DNA from: Asterias rubens
Taxonomy: Eukaryota
NCBI RefSeq assembly: GCF_902459465.1
Contig: NC_047062.1
Coordinates: forward strand, 992,001-1,056,000
DNA length: 64,000 nucleotides
Direction of reading: 5' to 3'
Below the pieces are notes generated by a model that did not search any database, was not told the DNA's origin, and saw only the letters and a list, made by a program, of their open reading frames with translations. Within the stretch, counting starts at the first letter, position 1, and every line of letters starts with the position of its first letter. The position numbers were made by a program, and so were the translations under genes. Shown here piece by piece: positions 26,070-39,476 of the stretch.

Positions 26070-28254
26070 CATTAGACTGGAAGAGAAAGAAGCTGGGCCC
26101 AATTGCATTACCCAATATGCTTACTCAATTTGTGCTTAGCAAGGATTAGCAGGATACCACTTAGAAGTGGTGCATGATGGCATTTTTCTTTCTTTCTGAT
26201 AACCTTATTCTGATAAGCATGATTTTTATTTGTGCTTTATAGCTCATCTTTGTGCTCACTCATGGTTCTCGTGGTTGTTGTGGGACACACAGCAGATGTC
26301 GTCCGTATGGTAGCGCTTCGTAAGACGCTTTATAAGAAACGGAAATCCTTGAAGCGTTTCGAACAACAACACTATACACAATCACTTATTGATATCCTGT
26401 ATATACAAAGGTTTATCTGAAAATAGACACACAAGTTCAACACCATTTTTGTTTCATAAATGTGTTTTGTATGATGCTTGATGAGGTCTTTTCAAACATC
26501 AACAGTTATTGTTCAGCCTGATGCCATTCAAAAGGTTGTTTTTATTTTGTTTTTAATTTTGACGAAATGTCTAAAAGTTGTTGCGTCCGACCTTGTGGTA
26601 TGTTACGGTTTATTCCGGATTATTTGTTCCAGAGGTACGTTCTTCAGAGAGAAAAACGAACTGATCACCCAGGGCTCACATAAAAACTAAGAAAACGTAT
26701 TCAATTATTAGGAGTGCTATTTAAGAATTTATTAAAACAATACAATACAGAACATACCGGGAAGCGATATTAACTATAGGATATTTAGAGTGAAAGTTGG
26801 ATTGCAGAAATCTAAATAGTTGCGGCACGTTTTCAGGACTTGTCACCCCAGCAATTAAAAGTTCTTCTCCAACTTTGACAATGCAGTTCACTGACTTGAA
26901 CAATAACACCTCTAATCGGAGACTTGGTACAGTTTATCTCTTCTTTTAAATATTTGTAATAGTCATTGAGCTAAACGAGTCATGGGATCAGTACACAACA
27001 TTAACATTTTAAGTTGACTAAAATTTAGGCTTTTCTGAAAACAAATCAACAAAACCTCAAAAAATTGATGAAGGAAAACTCCCCAAATCCTTCTAAAACT
27101 GGTCAATGTTTTTTAAATTATTACTCAGATTTCTTTTTTGAATAAGGGAAGCCTTCAAAGATGTTAAAAATGTCAATTGAAACCCGTTCATTTCCATAAA
27201 TAACTGTACATTTAAGTAATGTAAACTTCACTCAAATGAAAATGTATGTTAAACAATCAATAAATATCGGATATTCATTAATTTTCTTTTTCTTGGACAA
27301 AATCAATTAAATTACTCATCCATTGATCCTGTGATAGGATGAAAGAGATGTTTGAATTACAGGTGAAGGTTGGTCTAATGGCCAACAAATACAAGATTTG
27401 CAACCCAAATTATCCACGGTCATTCGTAACGATCTCAGACTGTTCATTTTGACGTCAAACTACGGCAAACTGTTTTGGCAATCAAAGCTATTTTTGTTCA
27501 TTATGCAGATAAATTAATTGAAATCTTCATGCTGTTTTTAAGTAAGGCAATCTTACAGGCTGTGTTTCAATTATGTTGAGTAAATGAAACCTAACTTTAA
27601 AGGCATGCAGTGGGGTAAGGAGCTGCAGCCCCGCCCAGAACCCCCCCCCCCACTACCGATTACCAACCAAAGAAAAAAAATCAAGTGTAAAATGAATGGT
27701 TCAATACAGTAAACAGCAGACCATCATCATGTCTTTGTCTACGCTCTCTACCCCCTTGAAAACGGGTTATTGGGTTGGTCGGGTTGTATAGGACTACGGT
27801 TCGAATCCCGCCAATGCACTATATTGTTTTCTGTCCTTAACTGAGTGCCTTGGTTTGCCCTTAGAATGTTTTTATTTATGTATTTATTTATTTATTTATT
27901 TTCTGTAACACCCCAAAAAATTACACTTGTACTTGTTTTATGCCCCTGAAGAAGGTCCACGATGGTCGGGCGTCGGAAATCTTGACGCGCGATCATAAAA
28001 AGACACGGTTTTTAGGCCTCAGTCTTAGGATTGCGCGCAAGAATTCTGTCGCGCGACCGTCGCGCGACCGACTATAAACCGGCCTTAAACACTCTCGGAC
28101 GACCCCAGACCATCTTTATAAAGTATAGGTTTTCCTTCTATGGAGTTTTTCTTGCATCCTTGTCTTTCTCCATATGGTACTTGGCTAGTACAGTGAAGTT
28201 TGCTTCACAACCAGACTAAATAAGATGAAATAAAAAGTGAAATGAAAATGCGTG

Positions 28255-28382
28255 GCTTCTGTCATGTCGCGCTGGATAACTTGAAGCTGCTAATGCATTG
28301 ATATACAGCTTCATCTCAGCTTCTGTCATGTCGCGCTGGATAACTTGAAGCTGCTAATGCAACGATATACAGCTTCATATCA
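28255..28382. repeat. 64-bp tandem duplication
   Basis: gcttctgtcatgtcgcgctggataacttgaagctgctaatgca... x2. Confidence 0.95.
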
Positions 28383-28964
28383 GCAAAGTACAATTAACCC
28401 CATTATGACCAAGTTACCTACACCAACCATGGGGTATCTTAATGGCAAATGACTTCATGGACCCACATTAATTTATAAATTGACCATTAATACTAGAACA
28501 TAAAATAACAATGCGGTATAATTATATTCATTGAACCCATTGGTGCGCAACTCTGATTACATGTTAGGCGTATGGTTTATTTTTCCAAAGTACGATCATC
28601 ACACACGCCTCTATACAGAAATTGGGTTTTCCAAGATCGGTAAAAAATTAAAAAATAACGTCCACAGGGATTGTTGACGCCATGGCGTAGTATCATACAC
28701 TTGAAAGACACAAATTAAATTGCCTTAAATTATGACTAACAAAATTGGTCGGTATGATTAAATGAACAAATAATATAATTTTTGATGGAAACAAATGAAT
28801 TGTTAAAACCTTTTGTGACAACACTAATCCATTGCCTTATTTCGTAACAGATGTGGTTGAAAAAGTCGACCACTAATGTTATTCATTCTAGTTGTTATTA
28901 TTTTTGGTTTAGCATATGAATAGAAGATTATGTTTCGGTACACTATATATAAGGTCCACATTAA

Positions 28965-29316
28965 AGACACTGGACACTATTGGTAATTGTCAAAGACCAG
29001 TCGTCTCACTTGGTGTATTTCAACATAAATGCGTAAAATAACAAACCTGTGAAATATTGAACTCAATTGGTCATCAGAGTTGCGAGATAATACTGGAAGA
29101 AAAAAACACTCTTGTCACACGAAGTTGTGTGCTCTCAGAAGCTTGATTTCGGGACCTCACATCTATTTCTGAGGTCTCGAAATCAAATTCGTGGAAAATT
29201 ACTTCTTTCTTTCGCACAATGTTTCATACTACCAACAGCTCCCCGTTGCTTGTTACCAAGTAAATTTTTATGCTAACAATTATTTTTGAGTAATTACCAA
29301 TTAGTGTCCACTTCCT
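28965..29316 (+). mobile_element. MITE family A
   Basis: Both TIRs and TTAA TSD. Confidence 0.9.
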
Positions 29317-30392
29317 TTAAATGGAATGATTGGCCTACGAAGTGCACATGCAACCAAATGCACAACATTAACCTTGCTTAAATATGCTTTGTTTGTACGA
29401 ATGAATAATTAAGTCCATTTATACCTGACGACATATTCAAATTTACACAACGGTTCATTTTTTACCTATGAATTGATTTTGTTTTCCATCAGAATAGACC
29501 CAAGAACATAACTCACTTGGGAATTTAGTTTGTTATTTACTTACAATTGCTTACTCGATACATTTTTAATCCAACCATCTGAATCGCCCCCAGTATGCGT
29601 CCACACATTAATTGTCTTTTATTCTTCCATGAGAGGAAGACTAGAGTCGAAGAAACAAAATGCACAGCATCAAACCTTCATGCATTGCTAATTGTACGCT
29701 AGGGTCGTAGTAGAATATGTCCCTCAAGCTCCACAAGACCTCCTCTGAGAATTCTGTCAACACTTCGCTTTCTTTCTATTAAACTTCATAGTATCAAAGC
29801 CACCGGTTGAGTCAAATTAATTGGCCAACTGCTTAGTTAGGGAGTTCAGACCAAACAACAGAGCGCCGTCTTTAACGAGACTTCACAATCAGTTCTTCGG
29901 GTATACCATATACAGTGAGAATTCGTTTAGACCTGCAGGCGTTTTGTTCATTACTAGATTGGGGTGCAAGGGTGCCTATTGGAATTAAAACATTGCCGCC
30001 ACGCATTTGACTTTGTCCTCAAGTTAATTTGAAGCTGCCTGTGGCTGCGACAGGTATACGGGTTAAACAAAAATAAGTGCCTTGTTTATTTCTCACAACA
30101 AACATGTTCTTCATTGAGTTTTTTGCTTGGTTGTGGTAGAATCCAGCCAAAACTATGAACAGCAATTGCTGTGAGAGTTTGATGGATTTATTAAATTTAA
30201 AATATAACAAGAAATACTGTATTGCATATTAGATTAAATGTACATGATAAATTGTTCATTGTTCCAATAAATTTGACATTCGATACTTTGATTTAGTATC
30301 CTTGCATTGTTTTCAATCACTCCAAAATGACAGCCCGCCACATTATAATCGCTCCTTTGACGAATAATCATTGTATGTGTTTCATATTTCAG

Positions 30393-30468
30393 GTATACAC
30401 CCAGCATCCTCCGTAAACTACAGTTATCTGCATCACCTGCGAAACACAGCCACCACATATTCACAAAG
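30393..30468 (+). other. Candidate 76-nt exon (coding or UTR)
   Basis: Acceptor gtttcatatttcag, donor AAG|GTAGGG; two frames open; upstream donor CAG|GTATAC at 30054. Confidence 0.4.
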
Positions 30469-31870
30469 GTAGGGTCATCCTCCGTTATCACCCCCCCCCC
30501 CCCACCACCACCAACCCGGATGGACGAAAACAGTATCAGTACTCGTGTCTTGTGACGGTTACTCTGCACTTGAAGACACATTTTGCTTATACTTCCAAAA
30601 AGTTCCAAGTGAACTTGACTTTGGCGATGATGCAGAAGCTCAGTGTTATATTTCTCTGTTTGTTGTCACTGTTAGTCTACTCTTAATATAACCAGATTCA
30701 TTAAATGGTGAACGTCGAAAGAAGAACATATTAAAATATTTTATGAGAAAATATAATAAGCTATTGCAAAAAGGACATCAGGTGATATTATAAAGTTATA
30801 AATGCGAGAGAAAAAAATTACATAGTTTTCGAATATTTAACAAGATAACATTTTACAAATTAAACTGACATACAGTCAGTAGACAGTGGGGTGAAGAGGT
30901 GCTTCCATTGAATAAACGGTTGCATTGATTTATTTATAATATTTGTTGACCTTTAGTTTTTGAAGCAAACACTCGTGATGACAAGCACATGCGTCTTAAT
31001 TTGGCGCTAGTGCCTGTGTGGCCTTCTCATTATTTATGCAGCTACATCTGGAGCAATCAAAGGAAATTATACATATCCAAACAGTTAGGGAACGAAAGGG
31101 TAGAAATAAAGACAACGAAAATGCTTTTGATCTAAAAGCCCATTGATTGTTAAGTGTAGACTGGTTTCAGTTGTCCTTGGACATAAATCCATCTGAAATA
31201 TTGTCAGAGAAAATAGTTGTTAAGACCCAACGTACCACCGTTGTTAATTCAATTGCCACAACCGAAATGAGCCCTATAAGAACAAAATCCCTCGCTGACT
31301 AATAACTTCTTTCCACTGGATCTTGATTGCCGTACTTGCTGTATTTCTTTCCAAGTAGGAAATTGTTTTTTCAAACTTAAAACAACTCCTCACTTTACAA
31401 ACATGCTGAAAAGCCATTACAGTAAAACAAAACATAAAGTTGACCGATGTAATACTTTTTATAAAAAACAGAGTTGACCTAGACACAATATTTGAAAGTC
31501 TCATTTTTGTGATTTTTCACAGTAGAGTATACAATGATAGAGACGCTGTGTTTATTACAATCTTGGGGATGTATTGTAATGAGTTTACTCTTCCAAAAAA
31601 TACCAAATAACTAACGCTCCCATTAGCGAACAAAAATAATCATTCTTGTTTAAAACAAATAATAATAATGAAGTTAATAAAAGTTAATATTTTTAATATA
31701 AAAGATACAAGGAATACACTACACGTCAAAATTGTCAAATTTCTGCAATGCAATTATGTACCTTTATGCCTACTGCGAATATGTTCCATTCGAAGTAGCT
31801 GTATAACCATCTGTTAAATCGAACCTGATCCTCGCTATATGTCCTAACAAAACAGTCTCATGACTTCCCG

Positions 31871-32462
31871 TCACGTCTCAAGAAATATCACAACAAGCTT
31901 GAATTGACTTTGACACAGCACTTGTTCATCATCATTGATTTTTAGTTTTGAACATTGTGAGTTAGCAAAGATTTGATTGAAAGAATCCTCAGCATTCCTC
32001 AATCCAACCATCGATTCAAATCCTTGGGTAAAGATCCAACAGTCTTCCAAGTCATGTCATGAATCTTTCATCTCTATCATCAAAGCGCCTGTTTTCTTAA
32101 ATATATCATTGATTGGCCTTTTATCTATCGATTTTTCTTCTCATTTTTGGTTTATACTCGAGTTTAAAAAGGCAAAGTGTGAGTAATTCAGACATACCAT
32201 TTAAGAATGAAATGACACTTAAGGACCTGAGTGAAGTCAAAGCGTAGCTTCTCAAGTGACTTATTGATTTAGTTGGCATAGAATAGCAAACAGTCCTACA
32301 GACGGTGTACGGAATCTTGTTATCTCCGATAAAAAGCGGTCTAGCAAGGTTTTTGTTCTCATAAACAAGGCAAAGCCCGTATAGACTACTCAAAAGGTGC
32401 GTCAAAAATTGCTTTATTAAACACTAGTTTCTGGCATCAAATTGCTTCAGGTATACGAAAAT
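31871..32462 (-). pseudogene. Decayed intronless ORF of unknown family (~195 codons, stops plus one frameshift)
   Basis: ORF 32121-32405 extends upstream past one stop and continues after a frameshift as EEKSIDKRPINDIFKKTGALMIEMKDS*HDLEDCWIFTQGFESMVGLRNAEDSFNQIFANSQCSKLKINDDEQVLCQSQFKLVVIFLET. Confidence 0.4.
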
Positions 32463-33325
32463 TCATTTGAATCATCCCTAATTTAGATTCATAAACCCAG
32501 GTGTTTGACTTAATTTTGGCATGGAATCTGTTTCAAACTGACCGAGAAGTCAAAATGTTTAACCAGTGTCTGACCCAGCCTGGCCCAGAAACGGGCCAGG
32601 TCACTTGAAACTTGGAATCCGGGTCAATTCTGACTCAGAAGGTTTTAGACTCCAACAACTTTACAGATTTTTTTCTTTCAATGTTGGCCTACACAAAGGA
32701 CCCTGTCGGGTCTCCCCCCCCCTCCCACCCCCAAAAGAAGGGTTGTTTCTTTGTTCAACTTGGACGCCCTATATGGACTTGCTTTTTTATTTGATTCGAT
32801 TTGATTTGAATTGGTTTATTTGAAAAGGGGGAGGGGAAAGAGCAGTAACAGGATCACACACAAGCCTATCTGAAAGGTTGTATGTGTGCGCACTACAAAA
32901 CGAATTATCTTTAGAAAAAAAAACTGATACATTTAGATTTTAGACACAAAGACCTCCAGCGAACTACGTGTTTCTATGTTTTCACAATAAATTATTTTGT
33001 TAGTAACCTTGTAACAGAGAATAGGCACTGAGGCTTTCTCATCCGGGTTAAAGCATAGTTTCTTATTATGATTTTAATAATCCGACTTCTTTTGTAAGAA
33101 GTGATTTTTTCGGGGTTTTTGTCTCGTGTTTTTGTTCGTTATTTGTTGCACTTGAATCAGATGATAACCGAAATGGCCGTATCAAATGTAGAATATTGTT
33201 TAACATCGCGTCTTTAAATGGTTCATGCCAGTGGTTAAAAACATAATTGTGAAAGTTCCACAATCAAGTGGGATCATACTTCTAACATCAAGGGTCTAAA
33301 GCAACCAATTGATTGATCACCTTAA

Positions 33326-33702
33326 AGGCACATGAACACTATTAGTAAAATACTCAAAATAAATGTTAGCATAGAAACTTACTTGGTAACTGGCAATGGA
33401 GAGATGTTGATAGAATGAATCATTATAAAAAACGGCTCCATCCAAAGTAACGTATTTGAGAGAGAGGTTCCGTTATTTCTCACTCAAATAATTTAAAAGA
33501 CTTCAGTCATGAAGCTTTTATAGGCATCGGAAAGCAATCACATTGTGCAACATGGTGTTTTTCTTTCATTTTTCTCTTGCAACTTCGATGATCAATTGAA
33601 CCCAAATTGTCACATAATTATTTGCTGCTTTATGCATGTTTATGTTTTGATACACAAAATGAGAAAACAGGTATTTGACAATTAACAAGGTGTACAGTTC
33701 CT
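33326..33702 (-). mobile_element. MITE family A, diverged
   Basis: TTAA at both ends, internal homology. Confidence 0.8.
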
Positions 33703-34969
33703 TTAAAAAATATAAAAAGTAAAATTATCAAATTGACTGATCTTGAATCGACCGTAGACGCAGGTCTGTCAACCAGAGGAGGGTAAAAAAACTCTAATGG
33801 ATTTGGATTTTTTATACTTTTTTTATATAATTACTTTAGGATTGACAGGTCAACATCGGTCCCAAGAAACATGGAAGCGGTCATGTCCTTGACTAAATTA
33901 AACATCATGTGCTTTGTGCATTGATGAACTGCGTTTTTAAAGGGAAGATGTGTCAGGAGGACTTGACAGTTCGCATGGTGGAGATACAATTTGTAAAGGT
34001 TTGCGGTAACACCATGTAATGAGTTGGGGGTTGAAAGATGTATCATTATTTGTAAGCTACTCAACACCAGTTTTGAAGACAAATTGAAAAATTGTAATTC
34101 CTTCAAAAGATCTTAAGCAAAATTTGTTCTTTACCGACGATAAGAGTCTTGAAATATTATAATAATTATCTGTTTTTATAGGAAGCATCAAAATAGCATA
34201 TTAAAAACCCATATTTTTACATAAATGAAAGCGTTTACACACAAATTCATTTGTCACTAAAATTCTCATTTTGAAAACAAACAACAAAAATCCAAACCCC
34301 AAAATACAACGTTGAGCTTTTTATCGAATCCAAAATGTGAATATTTTAAGAAATAAACTGAAGTATTCAATAGTAATTTTTAACATTTGTGTATTTAAAG
34401 CCTATTGAGAATCAATCTTTCCGATGGAAATACTAAGTAGGAAGTACTTTCACCTTGTACGACTACATGTTTCATACCTACTTACACCCTAATCCTCTTA
34501 GGCTAACAGGAAAAGTCCTTAAGTAGGATTTGGAACATTGCATGGTGGAAAAACGACATGGAAAGGTTTGCGGTAACACCATGTAAAGACTACTCGAAAT
34601 TAGTTGGGGTGGTTCTGAAAAAACCATTGGTTTCAGTATTCTATGACCGTCTTCTGGGGAAAGCTTAAAGGTCCTCTATATACGTTCATGGCCACTGACC
34701 TCTACTCTCAAACATCATCAACCATTTCAACAATATATGAGATGCAGTTTATTCTCTCATTGAGGGTATTGATATTGGTAAAAAAAACCTTAGATGATAA
34801 GATGTTAACTGTAGCGCCAAAGGAAGGAATACAAGATGTCTCACCATGATGTTAAGAAATACATAGTTTGGCGGAGTCTTGTTACAGTTGAAGTCACCGA
34901 CTAATACCACTCGACAAGTTACACTTTGAGTGTCGTTCGAACAGCCTTCTAATTGAATACACTAAAACC

Positions 34970-35113
34970 ATGGCCAGTAGTGTCACAACTGCAACAATTT
35001 CTAGTGATAATACATTATTTGAAGCTAAAAGAATTGGTCTCAAATCGATAAAGCGGATAACATCTCAAAATGTTCTGGTGCTTAATTCGGTACATGAATC
35101 ATTGACACATACT
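34970..35113 (+). CDS. Candidate first coding exon (MASSVTTATISSDNTLFEAKRIGLKSIKRITSQNVLVLNSVHESLTHT)
   Basis: Kozak-like aaaaccATGG, donor-like ACT|GTATGA, acceptor at 34887 upstream. Confidence 0.25.
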
Positions 35114-35670
35114 GTATGAGATTTGACTTATTACTCTAGGAATCTACAGACTGGGTTGGCCAACGTGACGTCAGTCCATTAACAATGTCAATAATTTGGA
35201 AGTAAACGAATCTTGTAACCACACACTTTGGGTAAATTTGTAAAGGATCCGTGAGCAAATTAACCCAGCTTCATTTCCTACATGAGTTAAGTGTCTTTCG
35301 GGGTCACTTATTTTATATCTTGGAGACTACCCAACCCCCACAGACTCACAAGTAAACATCTCTATCGGTACCTCTTGATTTACCACAAACCTCTGACTGC
35401 CACTGTTTAGCGTAGAGACATAGGTTTTGACAAAGCACTCCTTTTCAATTGCAGGAGTCAGGATATCAGACAAAACACTTCATTTCCCTTTAAAGGGTTG
35501 TATTGCAGGTATCTACGCGCTATGGTTAGCTCAATAATTCAATGATGCCACACAGTGTGTGCTGGTCATTCAAGGGCGTATAAAACGCTAAAGGATGTTG
35601 TGGGTTGTGGTGAAATCATATGTAAAAGGGTACATTATTTATTCCATTCGACTTGTAATTATGTGTGTAG

Positions 35671-35841
35671 GAACGTATTAAGCATGTAAATGCCAATTTG
35701 TATGCTTGGGGAAGTGAACCTTTTTGTTTCAAAAAGCAACGTCATCAAGCTGCGTTCATCTTCGATCATCTTGAAGGTGCACACAATGACCAGACTAGAC
35801 TTGATTCCACAAAACTCGCTCTGAACGTGACCACAGCGTGA
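35671..35841 (+). CDS. Candidate terminal exon (ERIKHVNANLYAWGSEPFCFKKQRHQAAFIFDHLEGAHNDQTRLDSTKLALNVTTA-stop)
   Basis: Acceptor tgtgtgtag, phase 0 compatible with 34970-35113; length is within chance range. Confidence 0.25.
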   Translation, partial: ERIKHVNANLYAWGSEPFCFKKQRHQAAFIFDHLEGAHNDQTRLDSTKLALNVTTA

Positions 35842-38052
35842 ACGGTATGAAGGGTGGCATAGACTTTGTTTGTACGGCAATTAAAGATACCTCCCTGAAA
35901 TCAGTGTTTTTAAACATTATCAGCAAAGGCCCATTTGACCGAAGCCCGACTCACTAGAACATTCAACAAGCGCTGCTGTTTCAATTTTGTTGTTATATAG
36001 ATTTAAACCTATTAGCCAACTTTACGTTATGAATAGTTGTATTATTCTACCAGTTCACATTCTAAGCGTGAATGCATTTGAAATTCATTCGCACACTTTA
36101 AAACAATCTTTGCCAAAGTGGTAAGCCTAAAGCAACATAAATTTATGTATTCGGGCTAAAAGCCTTCCGTGCATTGAATCTGACGAGCAACCAATTGCCT
36201 CAAACTATACATTTACATCGTTCATGAACGAACTGGGCAGGTTTTCATGGACGGCTGAAGGCCTGTAAAACACCTAATCGAGCAAGATGTTTTAACCAAA
36301 TTCAAAAATTGTCTGCAAACTTTCAATGGAATAAAATACCTCACATATTGGTTATGTATTTTGTTCGAATATTTTGTGTGACATTGTTAGAAACAGTAGC
36401 TATCTGTTTTTGTTTTGTGTGTTTGCCTTTCCAAAGTTTTCCAACCTCGGTTGATAAAAACTCAAGCTGTGACTTTGCGACAGAAAGGTCTAGACACGCA
36501 TATGAATTCTCCATGCCTTTTTTTTTTTTTTTTTTTTAAGGTTGCATCTCACACAAGGTTTGAACTTTCCTAACTATTATCATCAAGTTTGCATGTGAAC
36601 ATTTCGAATGGTGTCCCCTTGCAGACCGGGAGTTCGGCGGTAAAAGAATTAATTGCACTTTTCCACATCTCCGATGATGAATCCCCCTCGGAAATCGCGG
36701 CACTCGTCTTATTGGGACCACAGTCCAAATCAAGAATGAAATTCCTCCACTATTGTCTACAGTCTTCCTGTTAATTACTGCATTTCAGTTCCCCCATTCC
36801 TAATAAAATTCCCTTCCAAAGGTTTTGCATCCAAAAGGTCCGAACTTTGATTTGAAAGGTGACGACAACAACCTGGCTGAATATATTAGGTTAGCGCTGT
36901 GTTTGATGCTTCCAGTATTCCGGGTCTAGCTCTAGGGCCAACTCTCAATTCTCCCACAAACTAAGCAAAACTGGACAAATTAAAAGCCCAATGATGATTT
37001 CTGTTGGGAATCATGAAGAACGTATGTCTGTAACTTTGCTCCCGGCCGGCTGAAAATTGATGAAAAACATGGCTTAATTGGAGTTTTTGGCGGAGCATCG
37101 GTAGAGTGCTTAGAAGTCCCCTCTCTCTCTTAAGTCGGTTCTTGAGTGAATTTTAAACAGGGTGATTGAAGGTTTGAGAAGAGTGAGTTGATTGACATTT
37201 TGTTTTCGTGTGATATGTTTAACTTCACGAAATATTTGGCTTGTAAATTTTGTAGATGAACTTTAAGAGAGATTCAAATGTTGACTATATTTAGCTCGTT
37301 TTCAATTTATAATGAGATGTAGCTGGAAACTGAGTAGTTTTCTGGTTCAATAAATTGCATTTAATCAGTTGCATTTGGATGGTAAGTCTTTAGACTTATG
37401 GAAATAGCTTTCATGCCATGGTACCTATTTGGTTTTTGAATTAGTTTACGTCGTTCAAACCATCTAGTTCCCTCCTTACTGAATGTATAACACAATGGTG
37501 TTTATATGATTTGCCGTTTACCAGCCCTCCAAGTAATCACCAAGAAGAGAATCTATTCACAATCAAATGTTCTCATAATTTTCTTGAGAATCGTAAGACA
37601 TTGTTTGAAAAACTACTCTAAGCATGCACTGCAGTTGTTTGCCTTCAAGTTGCCTGTAAACGTTCTGTTTTGTGACAAGACCTTTGGATTCAATAAGCAA
37701 CCATGCAGTCAACCAAGTACATTTTCCCATTGTTTTTTACTGTAATTTTCACATCGTGACTGACAATCCGTGTTCAAAAGCAGATGACGACCAGGGCACA
37801 GTTTAGCTCACAGTTTGGAGACCAAACCAACCGGCTCTTTTCAGAGCTACAATTTTTTCCAAAAAAATAGATTGTTAGAAGGAGAGATCAGATGCAGATT
37901 ACAATAGAAGCATACCTCATATGTCCGCTGTGCAAAACCCTCGAAATGCAACTACAGAGGTTGTCGTATGCATGAGTTCCACTCTTACAAATTGTCACAG
38001 CATGCACACTGCTTTTTACAGATTCAGGATGGGGAGAAAGAAAATGACATAC

Positions 38053-38196
38053 TTTTGTAAAGTCTTGACTATTGTGGGTGATTGCCACCGTCAACCAGGG
38101 AAAACAATCTCCCTTGATGACCGACTTCATACCAGGCTCTAAATCATCCGGAAATGAAAGATCATTAATTGTCATACATCAGATGTGGGGCTTTCC
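38053..38196 (-). other. Candidate 144-nt exon with one in-frame TGA (GKPHI-UGA-CMTINDLSFPDDLEPGMKSVIKGDCFPWLTVAITHNSQDFTK)
   Basis: Strong acceptor ttttttccttcctctttag and donor AAA|GTATGT. Confidence 0.4.
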
Positions 38197-38309
38197 CTAA
38201 AGAGGAAGGAAAAAACCGACACTGGAAAGAAGACGCAAAACGATTTGCTTTTTGTATATTCACCTTCATTTTATTGCAAACCTCCGTAGAGGTTTCACTT
38301 TGCAATCGG

Positions 38310-38550
38310 GGGATAGATTGACGTGGTTGTGAACTACTTGACCGCTCCTACTGATGCATCCGTTTTAGCCCCTGTAATGCATGCATACTCGTTGACTGTC
38401 TCTTATAACAGATCCCCCTCAAGGAGTTTGCCCATCGAGACGAACCTCGACGATCCAAGGCAATCTCGGGCTCAATTGATGCAGTGTACTGCATCGGCTC
38501 GTTAATTGTCTTCGCAATGAGTTTATCTATCGAGTTCGGGTTCACCATTT
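38310..38550 (-). mobile_element. Possible LINE reverse-transcriptase relic
   Basis: GC-richer; frame with stops reads LLEGDLL*ETVNEYACITGAKT, loosely like the post-YADD Y...SG.KIN region of L1/Tx1 RTs. Confidence 0.2.
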
Positions 38551-39299
38551 TTATTATTTTCCTTAAACCGATTGAGTTATCTCAATCCCTGCCTCAATGG
38601 GGTTTGTTCAAAGTCTAATATTTTCTTCCGACGAATACCACATAAAGCAAAGAATGACCGACAATCAATAATCGTATAATATAATAAATACACACTTTAA
38701 TTTGATAAACGGGGCTTCATTATCAAAATATTCGCCATGAAGTAAGGAAAGATGATGTATAAACCGTCTTATAATAATTATTACAATCATCTATACGAAC
38801 GTGTTAAACTTGTTTGCATTTTAATAAATATTTGTGTGTAATATTACAAGACTAAATACCACTATAGTTGGTTTGCGGTAATTATGGGTATCTTCTTGCT
38901 GTGTAGATTATGTTCTTGCTTGATATTCTACTACAGTGGAATCGAATTTTCGGAAATGGGAAACTTCTCTACTACCGCAGATTATAATGGTCAAATAACA
39001 CAATCTATATAACCAGCAAGTAGATACACAAATGGTGTTACCGCAAACCATTATAAATTGATACCTCACCTCACCATGCAATGCCTCAAATCTAATACAT
39101 TCGGTAAGATACTAATTGAGTCATAATTTACTCATTTTACATGTTGACTTATCCTCGGTTCGAATCCGAAGCAAAATATGACGTCACGAACTATTTGTAC
39201 CCCGGTTCTATGCTTAGTATTTGGGGAGCTCGGGAGAACTCAATTTTGCTAAGGCACATTGGACCACATAGTTATTCGACAATAGAGATCCGTTCAGGC

Positions 39300-39476
39300 G
39301 CATTGTGTAGTAGGTTGACCTGGCGGCACTTTCGATTATTAAGATTAATAATATTTTGATCACTGTGTCGACCATTGTACTCCATTTATACAACATCTTT
39401 CCAACCATATGCATGGCAAACGGTTACAAACGGCTTTTTATTGACCAACTCGTCCGATCCAAGGCAACGTGTCCCT
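39300..39476. mobile_element. MITE family B, right end
   Basis: accaactcgtccgatccaaggcaacgtgtccctttaa. Confidence 0.8.

Noticed and set aside
25885-26150. ORFs on both strands (76 aa minus; MAPDERMEPEAESK... plus)
   Set aside because: They span a foldback MITE and run into a second repeat.
27946-27990. CTGAAGA followed by GAAA, suggesting a Penelope-type hammerhead (similar relics near 34640 and 45767)
   Set aside because: Stems II and III cannot be closed around the core; not supportable as an intact ribozyme.
30234-30608. 124-aa minus-strand ORF with poly-Gly
   Set aside because: Poly-Gly derives from a C homopolymer, and splice signals favour a plus-strand exon.
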